Translations under genes and position numbers: made by a program
Notes under the pieces: generated by a model
The model's database searches: none
The model's input: only the letters and a program-made list of their open reading frames with translations
Told to the model about the DNA's origin: nothing
Origin: Azolla caroliniana
Lineage: Eukaryota; Plantae; Polypodiophyta
DNA: 64,000 nt
NCBI GenBank assembly: GCA_043228905.1
Contig: JBHGNT010000009.1
Coordinates: 5,332,001-5,396,000 of the forward strand
Direction of reading: 5' to 3'
In this document: positions 13,409 to 25,726 of the stretch, piece by piece
How the letters are laid out: each line of letters starts with the position of its first letter
Position numbering within the stretch: the stretch's first letter is position 1

Positions 13409-16400
13409 TTAGTAGTCAAATTGGGTTCCTTCAAAAGCTTTGATGCCATAGATTGTAAGCAGAATGTTTCCCCATAGTTTTTGTACAATTTATTGTCGAT
13501 CCTTGATTAAAATTTTAAAAATATCATATTGAAAGTAGTGACAATGAGGTCTATGAATCACTTAAGAGAGTTTTGGGCATTGAGATTGCAATATGTGGAT
13601 TATATCCTATCCAATACATTTTTCTTTACAAACCACCCAAAATGCGTGAGAATAGTTTAAGTGTAGAAGTTCTTTTATGAGAGAAGAATACAATTGTGTT
13701 TATTTGATATGTGAATTGGTTCTAGTGGCTTCATGATCTACATATTGCGACATTGATGAACATGATTGATTGGATGTGCTCCCTTCATATGTGTAGGCAT
13801 CAATTCAAGTTGTAGTAGCACAATCAAATATTATAAGGTCATCAATTACTATTTGGTTGTTTCTACGAGCATCAAAAGAAAGCATGCCAATTTTATATAT
13901 GTTTCAAGGACAAACTACCATATAATATATTGCCCTACAATTGAAATTGGTTTTCCATTATCCGCCAGATACATAAAGAAATTGTATGCATATTCAACGG
14001 TAAGTTATAATATAGAAGTTTATGTCAATCATTGTTATCATATAGCTTGATACCAACTAACTTGTACATATATTTCTTTAAAAGAAAATTAAACTAGGGT
14101 AGGAGGGGACAATGCACCAATTGTAGTAACATGTAAGTTGTCTTCTATGACTTTCTTGATAACTACATGTGTCTGAGAAAAAATATACTCTAAAATCCAG
14201 TCAGACCACTTGTTTTGAATGAGGCCAAGATAGAAATAGTTTGACGATGAATTGTTAATGGATCTACTTTTGAAACAAGGGCAAGGTTGTTATATTCAAA
14301 ACTTTATTGAGGTTACAATCGATATTGGCCCATATACGAGGAGTCTATTGTATTTCCATTTGTTCTCATAATCCTAGAGTTCAAGATTATAATATGGCAT
14401 CATCAATTAGGAAGATAATAAGATATGTCCAATCATGATTTATATGTAGAACTGCAAACTATATTTTGGGTACATTTTCCTTGAATACTTTCATCATTTT
14501 TTTAGGGCTTCATGTTTTGTTTCGTAATTACATGACGAAAGCTCCATTTAAAAGGTTAACTCTTTGAAAGAACGACTCAGACCTGAAATGCCACCTTGTC
14601 ATCTCTATGGAGCTTCAAGCATCCGTTGGAGCATGCTCTTTATAGGGAAATTAGGAGTGAGTTTTCAATCTTTTCAATTTCTTTAACAAGAACAATAAGA
14701 ACATCCTAGAAAATGAATGATACCTAATGGGTGTGAGAATTAGGAAAGTAGTAGCATGATGGGTATGTTTGAACAATTCCCCAATAAGAAATAGAAATTT
14801 ACGTAACAGTTGGGGGGGGGGCTCACCTATAGGTGCTCAATAAATTTACTTTTTGAGATCTTTCTATTTTGTCCCGACATTGGTCTCGACTCTTCCTTGT
14901 TGTTAGACTTTCAATTGTATTTTCAGACTTCTTTGTACTATGGTTTCGAGATCAATATATCTCTTGCTTCGAAATAGATTGTTTTATTGTTCAATCTCTT
15001 TTTAATGTAATAGTACCATTCACTACATTGGGCGGTGAGACCACGTCTTATTCGGACTCCCCGTCGTTACTGTGGATAGCTTAGCCTACTTTGAAAAGGT
15101 TATCAAAGAATAAGTACCAGACATTTTTGTAGAAAGTAGTTGACCTGGTTTTTGTAGAAACTAGTTGGATAATCGTTTTTGAATTATTTTGGACATATTA
15201 ATACATCACGAATAAGAGGCAATGCATCACATTGTTTATTATGCCCATAATGTAATGATCATTATAGTTCATTGACGATACCAGATATCAGGTCCTCGGT
15301 TCTTTGTAAGGATGCGCTTACCACTAAAGGCACTCAATGGATCTTTGAGTACAATTGGAATTATTGATTGTGAACTTTATCCTAATAGTTTCCTCGTAAG
15401 ATGCTGAATTCCTGGGTAACAAATATATTACTTACTCTTAACCGTCTAAGTGTAAAACATAGCTTTGATCAATGAGGGATTGAAAATGCCTTCAAACTGG
15501 TTAGAAATATATTGCATACTATATGGGTAAAATTACTATGGTTTAAAAGTGAGCTCAACGCACCCATCATACCTCACTTCTAACTTTTTAGAGTTTGTTA
15601 TATATCATATTTCAGCTATATTCTATTTTCTTTTGGTTTTATCTACTTTCATCGTGATTGAATAAGAGAGGGGACCTCTAGAGAACCGGATGGCCATCCC
15701 TACATCAATAATACAAACATTGGCATTGAATGAATTGAAGACAAAAAATCGTGGATCCTTTGTGCATTTCAGCAAGTTGTCAACATTGGTGGTATTCATA
15801 ATACACACGCTTTCTTGGTACACATGTTGCCTTGATATACTGGAGGATGCATTGGGTGACATGGGATGTACCTTGTATAAAGGCAAGGACAATTTATCAT
15901 ATTCTATTATTCGATACAACAGAACGGGCGATTAGGCCGACATCTTACAAGTGAAATATCCATTGGTAAGCACTCTCTTCACCTATGAATATCTACCATA
16001 TTGAAATTTCCTCCACTACTACAAGAGCACATGTTTTTGTCCTTAAGAAAATCCCATATAAGTTATGTCCTTCAATGCCCACAAATATGTCTTTCAATGC
16101 TATTTCTAATATTAAATTAAATTGAGACTATCAAAAGTTTATTTCTCATGGAGCTTGACAACAACCTAAAGTGTGTCGGTATAAAGATAAGACCCCACCT
16201 TGTTTAATGTAAGAGAGGTGCCACTAATAGAGGTATTGAATGGCTTGCCTATTCAATTCAAGACTATATAAATCTCTTTAACAAAAATCTCATTGAAGCA
16301 AATCATTGTCACTCATGTGCCTTGACACTTAATCTTGTCTTCCTCCCTCACATCTATGGAAAATATAATGTTACAAGAAACGAAATCTATTTATGGTTGT

Positions 16401-17810
16401 GTTTTTATTTCAATTGGCTTTCTGGTATGTCATTATTTTAAATCCTTGGATTATGGGAGTTGAATTTGTGAAGAGGATTTTTGTACGGGAGAATGAAAAA
16501 TGATTACGTAAAACCAATACTTTAGGAGAAAAGAGCTATGCTATACTTTTCGACTCTTGGGTTATGGGGAATTGAATTTGTGAAGTCGTTTTGTTGAACG
16601 TTGTGGAAAATTAATAAGTAAAACCAAAATTTGAGGAGAAAAGTGTTCGTTAAATGTTCATGAAGTGTAATGATCTCGATGTCAAAAGACAAAGGCTTTT
16701 TGTAATACACACAGGCACATTTTTAGATCCGTGTCTTTTCGCTTGACCCAACAGCCTTCATATGAAGTTGCACGAGTGTTACAAACACGTTATCATGATA
16801 TGCACACATTTTGTTTGCAATAATAATTTTGAATGGATATATAAACGATAAATGTCTAAGAATGTACTTAAAGTCTGCATGCATGCAGTATCTTCGTGGT
16901 ACATATTATAATGTAATGAATCCTTGACAGAAGTATCAATGTTCTCCCCTCGTGAAACTAATAGATGGATGGATCGTCGTCACAATTCACAATACCCCCC
17001 ACACAAAAAGAAGCCTTTCGAAAGTACGTTTGGAAGAGCAAAACACATTATACTGAAAAGTACTTGCAGGTCGGGCAAGCGAGCGTACCGTATATTATAC
17101 ATGCTATTATCAAGGGAAGGAGAAGGCAGGTATTTTGTATCCATCGGCCCACACACTGTTGGATAAGGATCTTCGTATTGTGGGCAGTGCTAGGTCGGGG
17201 GAACCGATCTTAAATGTGGCTCATCAACCATTTCAGAAGGCTTTTTCTGTATGTGAGGTGGGGCAGCTTATCGAACCATCAGCTGCTTCTGTAGGTGGAT
17301 GGATATACTATATAGCCCATGCCTTTCGAATGCAACACTAGGTAGTGGCTCGTAGCTATAGTAGCAGAACTAGCAGTATGCAACTTGATCAACCCCTCCC
17401 GAGATGCAGGATTGATCACACAGAGCCTTTCACTTCCACTTCCGGGCAGAATGTGCGTGGTACGTACCTAAGAGAGGTCTTTTTAAAATTTTTTTTTTTT
17501 TTTAAGGGTTTTGGATGAGGTTTGTGTGGACCATGTGTGTGCACTGTGGACGGGACGAGGTCACGCGACCCGGCCGGATCTGGACACGTGTGAAAAGGAG
17601 GAGGTCACGTGACCCGCCGGGCCGGATGTCCACACGTGTGAAACAGGGCCAGGAGGGGGGGGGGGGGGGGGTCACGTGACCCCTTGGTCCCTAAAATGTA
17701 AAAAAAAAAAGATTTTTTGTTCTTTTCAAAATTTCAGCCAAAAGTGTATCTCTAGTTCTCAGAATTTACCGATTTGGCCTCCCCCCCAAAAACCCCTTTT
17801 TTCTCTGTCG

Positions 17811-18000
17811 GTAACCCTAATTCCTTTCCTCCTTTTTACTATACATAATTGCTGTAACCCTAATTCCTTTCCTCCTTTTTATTATAATTGCAGTAACCCT
17901 AATTGCTTTCCTCCTTTTTATTATAATTGCAGTAACCCTAATTCCTTTCCTCCTTTTTATTATACATAATTGCAGTAACCCTAATTCCTTTCCTCCTTTC
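17811..18000 (+). repeat. Minisatellite, about 5 x 39-43 bp, each unit starting with telo-box-like GTAACCCTAA
   Basis: Units GTAACCCTAATTCCTTTCCTCCTTTTTATTAT(ACAT)AATTGCA start at 17811, 17854, 17893, 17932 and 17975 (last one partial). Confidence 0.9.
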
Positions 18001-19340
18001 CTGCTTTTGTTCCTTTCTCTCTCTCTTTCTTTTGGTTGTATTTGGCCTTTTGACGGTAACCCTAATTTTCTCTCCTTCCATATCCTTTTTTTTTTTCCTG
18101 TTTTGTTTTTTTGCAGGGTGGAAAGGAAAAGTTAAAACCCTAACGAATCCCTGACTTCTCCCTTTTTTTTTTTCCTCTCAAAAAGGTTTCTGGATGCCCT
18201 AATTGAGATATGTCTACATTACCCCCTTCGACGATCTCCATCTCTGAAACCCTAAATTTTAGCGAGACCTGCATATACCCGTGTCTGTATACCGTAGGGC
18301 CTCAAAACCCTAAAAAACCTACGCTCTGAAACCCTAGAAAAGCTGAACGAGCTTCATTGTGGAGTGTTATGCAATGACAGAAAGTACAGCGCCTCAAAGA
18401 ATGCTACTAATCTTCCTGTTTGAAGACCCTAAAATATAGAGGAGATTTATATTGAGGTTCGAAACCCTAATCTCTACAGGGGATCATAACCCTAATGATG
18501 AGGATTAAAACCCTAGTGACCTTATCTACAGTGGAGCTTCACCAAACCGAAGCTGAAATCCCAACCTAAACCCTAGTGAAACCCTAATCCAAAATTTCGT
18601 AAGAAACTCCCAATGTAATTCAAACCCTAATGTAATTTAAAACGATACTGCAAGACCTGATCCAAGATCCTGATCTTATTAAACTCGAGTTGGTCTAAAG
18701 CCCTAATCCAAAACCCTAACATAGCAATCCAACGGCAGGCAGGCAGGCACGGATTGGAACCCAAACGTTTTTAATTAACAGCATCATCGGATTGATTTAC
18801 TGTTATTGGAATTACGAGTATTAAAATGAAAAACCAAAAGAAGCAAAGCAAAATCAAGAAAGGAGAAGAAAGTAAGAACAGAACAGCTGTGTTTTCTTTT
18901 TTAGTAAACAAAAAAAAGAAACAGAGGAATTAATTTAATATTGGCTATATATATGTATGTATGTATACATATACATATTTACTGCACAATAACAAAAGAA
19001 AAGGGCTTTGAAAAAGAAAGGAAAAAGAAATTAATTCATTAAAACAACAGAAAAAGCTCGAAATTGATTAATTATACACAGACAGAGAGTTATGGCTTCA
19101 TTTAATGTGTTTTTTTTATTATCTATTTTTGTTTTTTGGCTTTATTATTTTTGATCTTTTGTGGGATTAATTCGTAATAATATCGATTTAAATTAATTAT
19201 TCATACTAATTTATGTGGCTGCTATTGGATGGATCCCACAAAACACACAACACACACACACACTCTGTCTTTTTCTTCTTTTCTTTTTCTCTCTTTCTTT
19301 CTCTGTCTCTGAGTGTTTCCAAAACAAACAGTACTATTAG

Positions 19341-19417
19341 CCATCATCATCATCATCATCATAACCACCATCATCATAACCATAACCATCATCATCATCA
19401 TCATCCTCCCCATCATC
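19341..19417. repeat. (CAT/AAC)n microsatellite upstream of the methyltransferase ATG
   Basis: CATCATCATCATCATCATCATAACCACCATCATCATAACC... Confidence 0.9.
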
Positions 19418-19870
19418 CATTTACTCTGCAATTCCTGTCCATGTCCTCTGGTTCTTTACTACCACCATTAGTTTGATGATTCTCTGTAGCTCGCCTAGGT
19501 TCTGCTACTTGCTCACCCCAACCCCCCCAAAAATCCAGACCTTACTACTTCATTCCTCTTCAATCTTCATGATGAGGATGCATGATTTTGTCTCAGTATT
19601 CTGGTCTTGAAAGAGAGAGAGAGTAATACCTAGATTCCTACAAAGGCTAGATTCTCTCTCACATTGCAAATTCTAAGCATGTAGACATGCCCTAACATTT
19701 GGATTCCAGCACATACAGATTCTTGCATTACCTCTCTTTAGCACCTTACATCCTCATCACACTGTCTTCTGATTGCACAGAAATCCTTTTCCTTTTGATT
19801 CTGACATTCATACCCAACGATCTGAACCCTTTCGATTTTTGAGGTTCGAAATTAAAAAAGATCGTTATCG

Positions 19871-22800
19871 ATGATGATGAATCGACCCTCGACCCGAACC
19901 TCCCCTGCTTCTCGTGTCATGGACCAATTGAATGAAGAATCTTCTCCCTCTATGAAAACAGCATCAATCATCATGGATGATTGGAAGCCTTTCAATGGCG
20001 ATTCTAATGCAATTTATGGATCGGCAAAGATTGACAATCTTAATGGTAATAACACCATGACCACCACCACCATCACTGCCAACAACAACATTAGCAATGC
20101 CTCATCAGAGTATCCCATCAAATCCAATTGTTCAGGACAGAGCCGGGCGAAGCGCGGCTTTGCTCTTTCGCTCGGGACGAGTATGCTACTCTCATTTCTG
20201 AGTATTTTTACATTTGTTGGGATGATAGGGACGAGGAGCCCGGGGTATAATTTGCAATTGGTACCATCATTAGGGTCGATACATAGACCCTATCGGCGCA
20301 TCCAAGCCGAGTTTCTGAATGTTGATCCTTTGAGAGTGGGTATTTTCGATCAAGGCTCGGTGAGAGTGAAAGAGCTTCCTGCTTGTGATCCCGGCGAAGA
20401 TGATCTCGTTCCTTGTTATAATAAGAATGCTACCAGTTTGTCATTTGGAGAAGGTAATTCGGATCGACAATGTATTCAACCATCAATGGGGAAGCTAAGG
20501 CAACAATGCCTGATTCCATCTCCAGATGAATACAGAATTCCTCCAAGATGGCCATCTTCTAGAGACAATGTTTGGCTCGGAAACATGAAGTTTGCTTCAC
20601 AATCGACTTTGTCCGGAACACGATTAATAAGGTTTTAACTCTCAGATTCAGCTAATCTCTTTTACTTCTCCTCTTTACTATGTGTGAGTAGTGCTCACTT
20701 ATAATGTGGGCTGTTTTTGTACACACATAATTAATGATGTTCTCTAAATGCATGACAGTCTCCAAACTAGTCCCACTAAATGATCACTAGTAGCATAAGT
20801 AGTATCTGATCATGTGGGTTGTTTTTACATTTATAATACTTTTCCTCTTTCTTTAATGTCTGATGTGTTTTCTAGGTTGAAGGTAGGGAGTGATGATGTG
20901 GTTCATCTTGATATGGATCAAATCGGCATTGATGCATTGGATCAACATGCCCAATTAATGTCTAAGCTTATGTTTTCTTTATCTACCAATCAAGCCAAGG
21001 TATGATGATGTTTTCATGAAGCTTTGATCATAACATACATGAATGCACATTCTCATTACCTAGCTCTCTTTGTTCTTAACCATCTACAGTAATAGCAGGA
21101 TAAGATAGAGAGGGATCCATTTTGGTATTGAATTTCTTAGAACCATGGTCTTTTTGTTAATGTATCTACTATCATTTGCTTCTAGGCTTTCGTCATGTAC
21201 ATATGCATCAACAATCATGGGTCATGTGTGGTTGGGAACTGAACCACTGATTATGATGAAATGTGTATTGGAAGAACCTGAAATTAAGCCATGCTTTTTA
21301 GGGAATTATTGTATAAATATGAAAAGGTTTTTAAGCATATTTGGACTGACATTACCTTGTAAAATGGTCATTGTTGAAAGATTCCAATGGTGCTGGACAT
21401 CAATTGTGGTTTGAATCGGATCCGCAATCACATCGATAATGCGATCACTTTATGTTTGTCTCCATATGAGGTCAATGGAAGTCAAGTTCAATTCTCTCTG
21501 GAAAGAGGATTACCTGCAATGATAGGCTCTTTATTTAATTCGCAATTGCCATTCCCGAGTTTCTCCTTCGATATGATCCATTGCTTCGATTGCAACTTCG
21601 ATTTGACATGGAATGGTTTGTTTGTTATAACTCAACGATTTTGTTTTTGTTTTTCTTCTTATTGAATGGCTCCAATGAAGAAATTCCTAGTTGTTGATAT
21701 ATAAAAAAACAAACTCGTGTATAAACAAATGCCGTGTTTGTTGTAGATGGAATTCGGCTTTTAGAATTGGATCGGCTATTGAAACCGGGCGGGATATTTG
21801 TTCATGCACCAATCGGAGAAAATGTAGCCAGGAAAGAGCATATCAAGCAACACTTAGCAAACAAGCTATGTTGGTCATCTCTATCGGAAGACGATAAAAC
21901 GAATGTTTGGCATAAGGCATCTAATCATAGTTGTTATGTCTCTTCGAGGTATGTCTTTTTCTATGAGACTTAGTTTCTCAAAAATGTATTGAGGTTCCCA
22001 TTCACAAAAAGATTGTGAAATTATCGACATTTATATCCAACCAATTCCATGTTCTTTTTACTTTCCTCATTAATGTAGGGCCAAACCAAGGATATGTGAC
22101 AAAGTGGTGGAAACAGGTGCTACTTGGTATTCACCATTACGTCCTTGTGTTACCACTGGAAGCATCACTAAAGCGAAAAATGATCGAGTGAATAATGGAG
22201 GGTCTTTGAATGGTACTTTTTTGGTGTTTCTTTGCTTTGTTTTCAAGTGAAGATAATCGGGATGCAAAACCACTTCTAATAAAGCACATTGGTCTTGTAC
22301 TCCTAGAATTTTCAAGTGAAGAACTTTTGGATCGTTATGATGATTCACTTGTTTGGTCGGGAATAGTGAAGAGCTATTGGTCTTTACTATCTCCATTACT
22401 CTTTTCCGACCACCCGAAACGTCCTGGCGAAGAGGATCCATTGCCTCCTTCGAACATTGTACGCAATGTGATGGATATGAATGCATTGCATGGGAGCCTG
22501 AATGTTGCACTTTTGAAAGCAAAGAAGTCGGTGTGGGTAATGAATGTTATTCCTCGAAATGCACCAGACACATTATCTTCTATCTACGAACAAGGACTGA
22601 TAGGAGTTCAACATGATTGGTGGGTGTTTTTAGTTCCTCACTTGGCATATTTTTAAGGCCTTTATTAAGAAGAAGAAAGAACCTTTTTATGTACATATAA
22701 ATGTACTCAAGACATGGATTGCTAATCTCCTAAAGAATGGTATATTTTTGAGGTTTAAGGATTATTTGTTGGCTAAAAGACTATGTTCTATATTGGGGCT

Positions 22801-23297
22801 CAAGGATAATCCAAAACTATAACATAGATTTGAAACTGTATTGTAGGTGTGAACCTTTTCCAACATATCCACGAACATATGATCTCTTGCATGGCATTGG
22901 GGTTCTTTCTCAACAAGAAAATTCTAAATCTAGTGGGTGTGGCCTCTCGAATCTTCTCCTTGAAATGGACCGAATCTTACGTCCAGAAGTAAGTGTCGAC
23001 AAACTCATTATATTTTCTTATTACATATCAATTACAAACAACTCACAACAGCTAAGGGAGAAATACTATAAAATTTGGAGTTCTCCTCAAATGTTGACAA
23101 TAGCATTTTTGTTTTTCGGATGTATATAGGGATGGGTTATTTTGAGGGATCGAGTTGACCTGATAGGAGATGCAAGGATTGCGGCATCTCAAATGAAGTG
23201 GGAAACTCGAGTTATTTCGGTTGAAGGCTTAGAAGAGCAAGAGCTCCTTGTTTGCCAAAAGACATTTTGGAAGGTCCAACGATCAAATGTTTCATGA
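19871..23297 (+). CDS. QUA2: Putative pectin methyltransferase (DUF248/PMT family, QUA2/PMT4/PMT5 clade), 8 exons, type II membrane protein
   Basis: Exons 19871-20631, 20876-20999, 21381-21615, 21747-21948, 22079-22212, 22307-22619, 22847-22988 and 23130-23297 (TGA), all with GT-AG boundaries. The clade signature [22 protein letters not shown] is present, as are [47 protein letters not shown] and [13 protein letters not shown]. One transmembrane segment ([17 protein letters not shown]). Confidence 0.88.
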
Positions 23298-24422
23298 AAA
23301 CAAAATCTTTTGTTTTGGAGGCATTGGAACTGTAAATTTAGTATATATATATATATACACATAAATATATGCCTACCTAGATTGTCCTCTCAACACTCAT
23401 TCAAGGTACTTTTCATACCTAAAAGACGGGCAAAGGGATAGATGCATTATTAATTCTTTTATTGCAAGTTATATATCTATATTATATATGACAATTGGAT
23501 TCAACATATTCAACATGTATACACTACATTAAATTCAATCAAGAATTGTATGCTTCTTCTTCTTCTCAGCCACTTTTCACATTGTGGATGGATATTGTGT
23601 TGGAAAACGTAAAAAGTTAACAAGGAAAACATTTGTCCAATAACCTATCAAGCACTTGAAAAGCGGCGGAAAAAAGAAAGAATCTTGTTACACCTTGACA
23701 TTTCCGAAACACGAGAAAGATGTTGCCTTTTGAGTTTCTTAGGATGTTTACCTTGCAATCGAAAGATATATAGGCGTGAGCATTGATTGAGCATGGAAGA
23801 ATATAAGTTTGAATGGTGATGGAAGAGATAATATCTTTTTCATATGTAAAATAAGTTATTGCATGGTAGAGAATATATGATTGTTAATGATGTTCTCTCA
23901 CTATCATTGATTTTGATTGTATATGCTAATATGCATGGTTGGTGACTAATCTACTCGACTTTATAACCCACACAAACACAATTAAATGGAACATGTTCCA
24001 ATACATAAGAGTTAAATTAGATTAATTCACATTACTTGATGGTGTCCCAATTGTTTATATCTTCTCTCACGACATCACGCTCTCCATGGTTTAGATTCCC
24101 AGTGGTATCACAAAGATTTGCGCGTGCATGTGAAATGTGAGTGGGACCACATGGGACTTGAACTAGAGAGGATGGGAACATCGAAGCTTCAAGGGTCGAG
24201 AGCACGAAAATGCTAGATTTCATAGTTGGTCTCTTTAGAGGAGTGGAATTAGTGTTCCAGCAGGCACCCTCGGGTAAACTGGAGTTTGGAACTTCTGAGC
24301 TTGTATTTGATTACATAAATGTGTGTAAATTGTATATATGTGTGCGTGTGAAAAACAATTGGCTCGTCTAAATTTACACATGTGTATATGTGAGTAAGTG
24401 CATAGATTTAGATGTTTGCATG

Positions 24423-25011
24423 TGATAGGAACTAGTGTAGAAGTATTGCTCGGCCACAACCGAGTCTCAAATCACTTTATGAAGGACCAAACACAGAAAT
24501 GGGAAATAGGCATGTTGAATGCAAGTACACAAAACAACGATAGAGAACACATGATGTTTACATGGAAAACCCTAATCGGGAAAAACCACGGGAGCCCACG
24601 GACTCTGAACTATCACTATGTGAGAGGAAATACAAAGTGGTAACATAGACGCAATGACCTTGTGCTCGCGACCTTCGCCAGACGGCGGTTACAACAGAAA
24701 GTGCTCATAGCTACTCTCTCGCTCTCTCTCGCTCTCTCTCTCTCTCTCTCTGTACAACAATAATAACAACACTCTTCTTCTGTTATTGCCCTAAGTCATA
24801 TTTATACTCACATGACCTTAGGGCTATTTACAAATATAGCCTCAGTGGGCTTACTCTATCATATTTACAAATGTGTGTCTTGGATTTGGTTTGCACTGGA
24901 TCCATCCAGATTTACTCGATCTGGTTTCCGGGTCTCATCCGAAACCCTTCCGGATCCAGTTCCTTCATCCGGCTCGTCCGGTTCTCATCCGGAGGGACCA
25001 AATTCCTAACA
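24423..25011 (-). repeat. 3' LTR of element A
   Basis: TGATAGG...CCTAACA, homologous to 61449-62008. Confidence 0.9.
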
Positions 25012-25726
25012 AACTCCCCCTTCACTCCGGCATGGGATTTCTCGTTAATTTGATCCGTCTGCGGTATGCATCCAGCTTGTCGGTTGAAAGCACCTTGGTC
25101 AGCAAATCTGATCCGTCTTCGGTACGTGTCCAGCTTGTTGGTTGAAAGCACCTTGGTCAACATATCCGATCCGTTCTCCTTCGTGTGGATCTTCGTAAGC
25201 ACGAAGTCTTGATCTTCTACCTTCTCTCGGAGCCAGTGATATCTCCTTTGGATGTGCTTGGTCCGGGAATGGTAGGCCACATTCTTCGCAAGGTGGATGA
25301 CACTTTGAATGTCGTAATAGAGCCGGTATTCCTCATGTCGGATCCCTAGCTCTCCGATGAAGTCCTTCATCCAGATTACTTCCTTGCCGGCTTCACAACT
25401 GCCATATACTCCAGTTCCGTTGTTGATAGTGCAACGGACTTCTGCAACCTCGATTGCCACGATACGACTGCATAAGTCATAACATATTCGGATGTAGACC
25501 GGCTGGTATCCGCATCAGTCGACATATCTGAATCAGTGAATCCGGTTTAGCAGCGCCAAATTAGAGGCACATACTCGAGGTGCCAAATCAGAGTATCCAC
25601 TTGGCCGTGTTCCAATGCTCTTTTCCAGGATTGCTCATGAACCGACTCACCACTTCGACTGCATATTCGATATCCGGACAGGTACACACCATTGCGTACA
25701 TCAAGCTCCCGACGGTAGAGACATAT

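Noticed and set aside
17800-18730. True interstitial telomeric array
   Set aside because: The CCCTAA motifs are dispersed, not in 7-bp tandem register.
19213-19476. 87-aa poly-histidine ORF (and antisense poly-Met ORF) upstream of the methyltransferase
   Set aside because: It is a translation of (CA)n, (CT)n and (CAT)n microsatellites, with no evidence of protein conservation.
25071-25175. Extended RNase H C-terminus of element A
   Set aside because: It is caused by a ~58-bp tandem duplication in a dead element.
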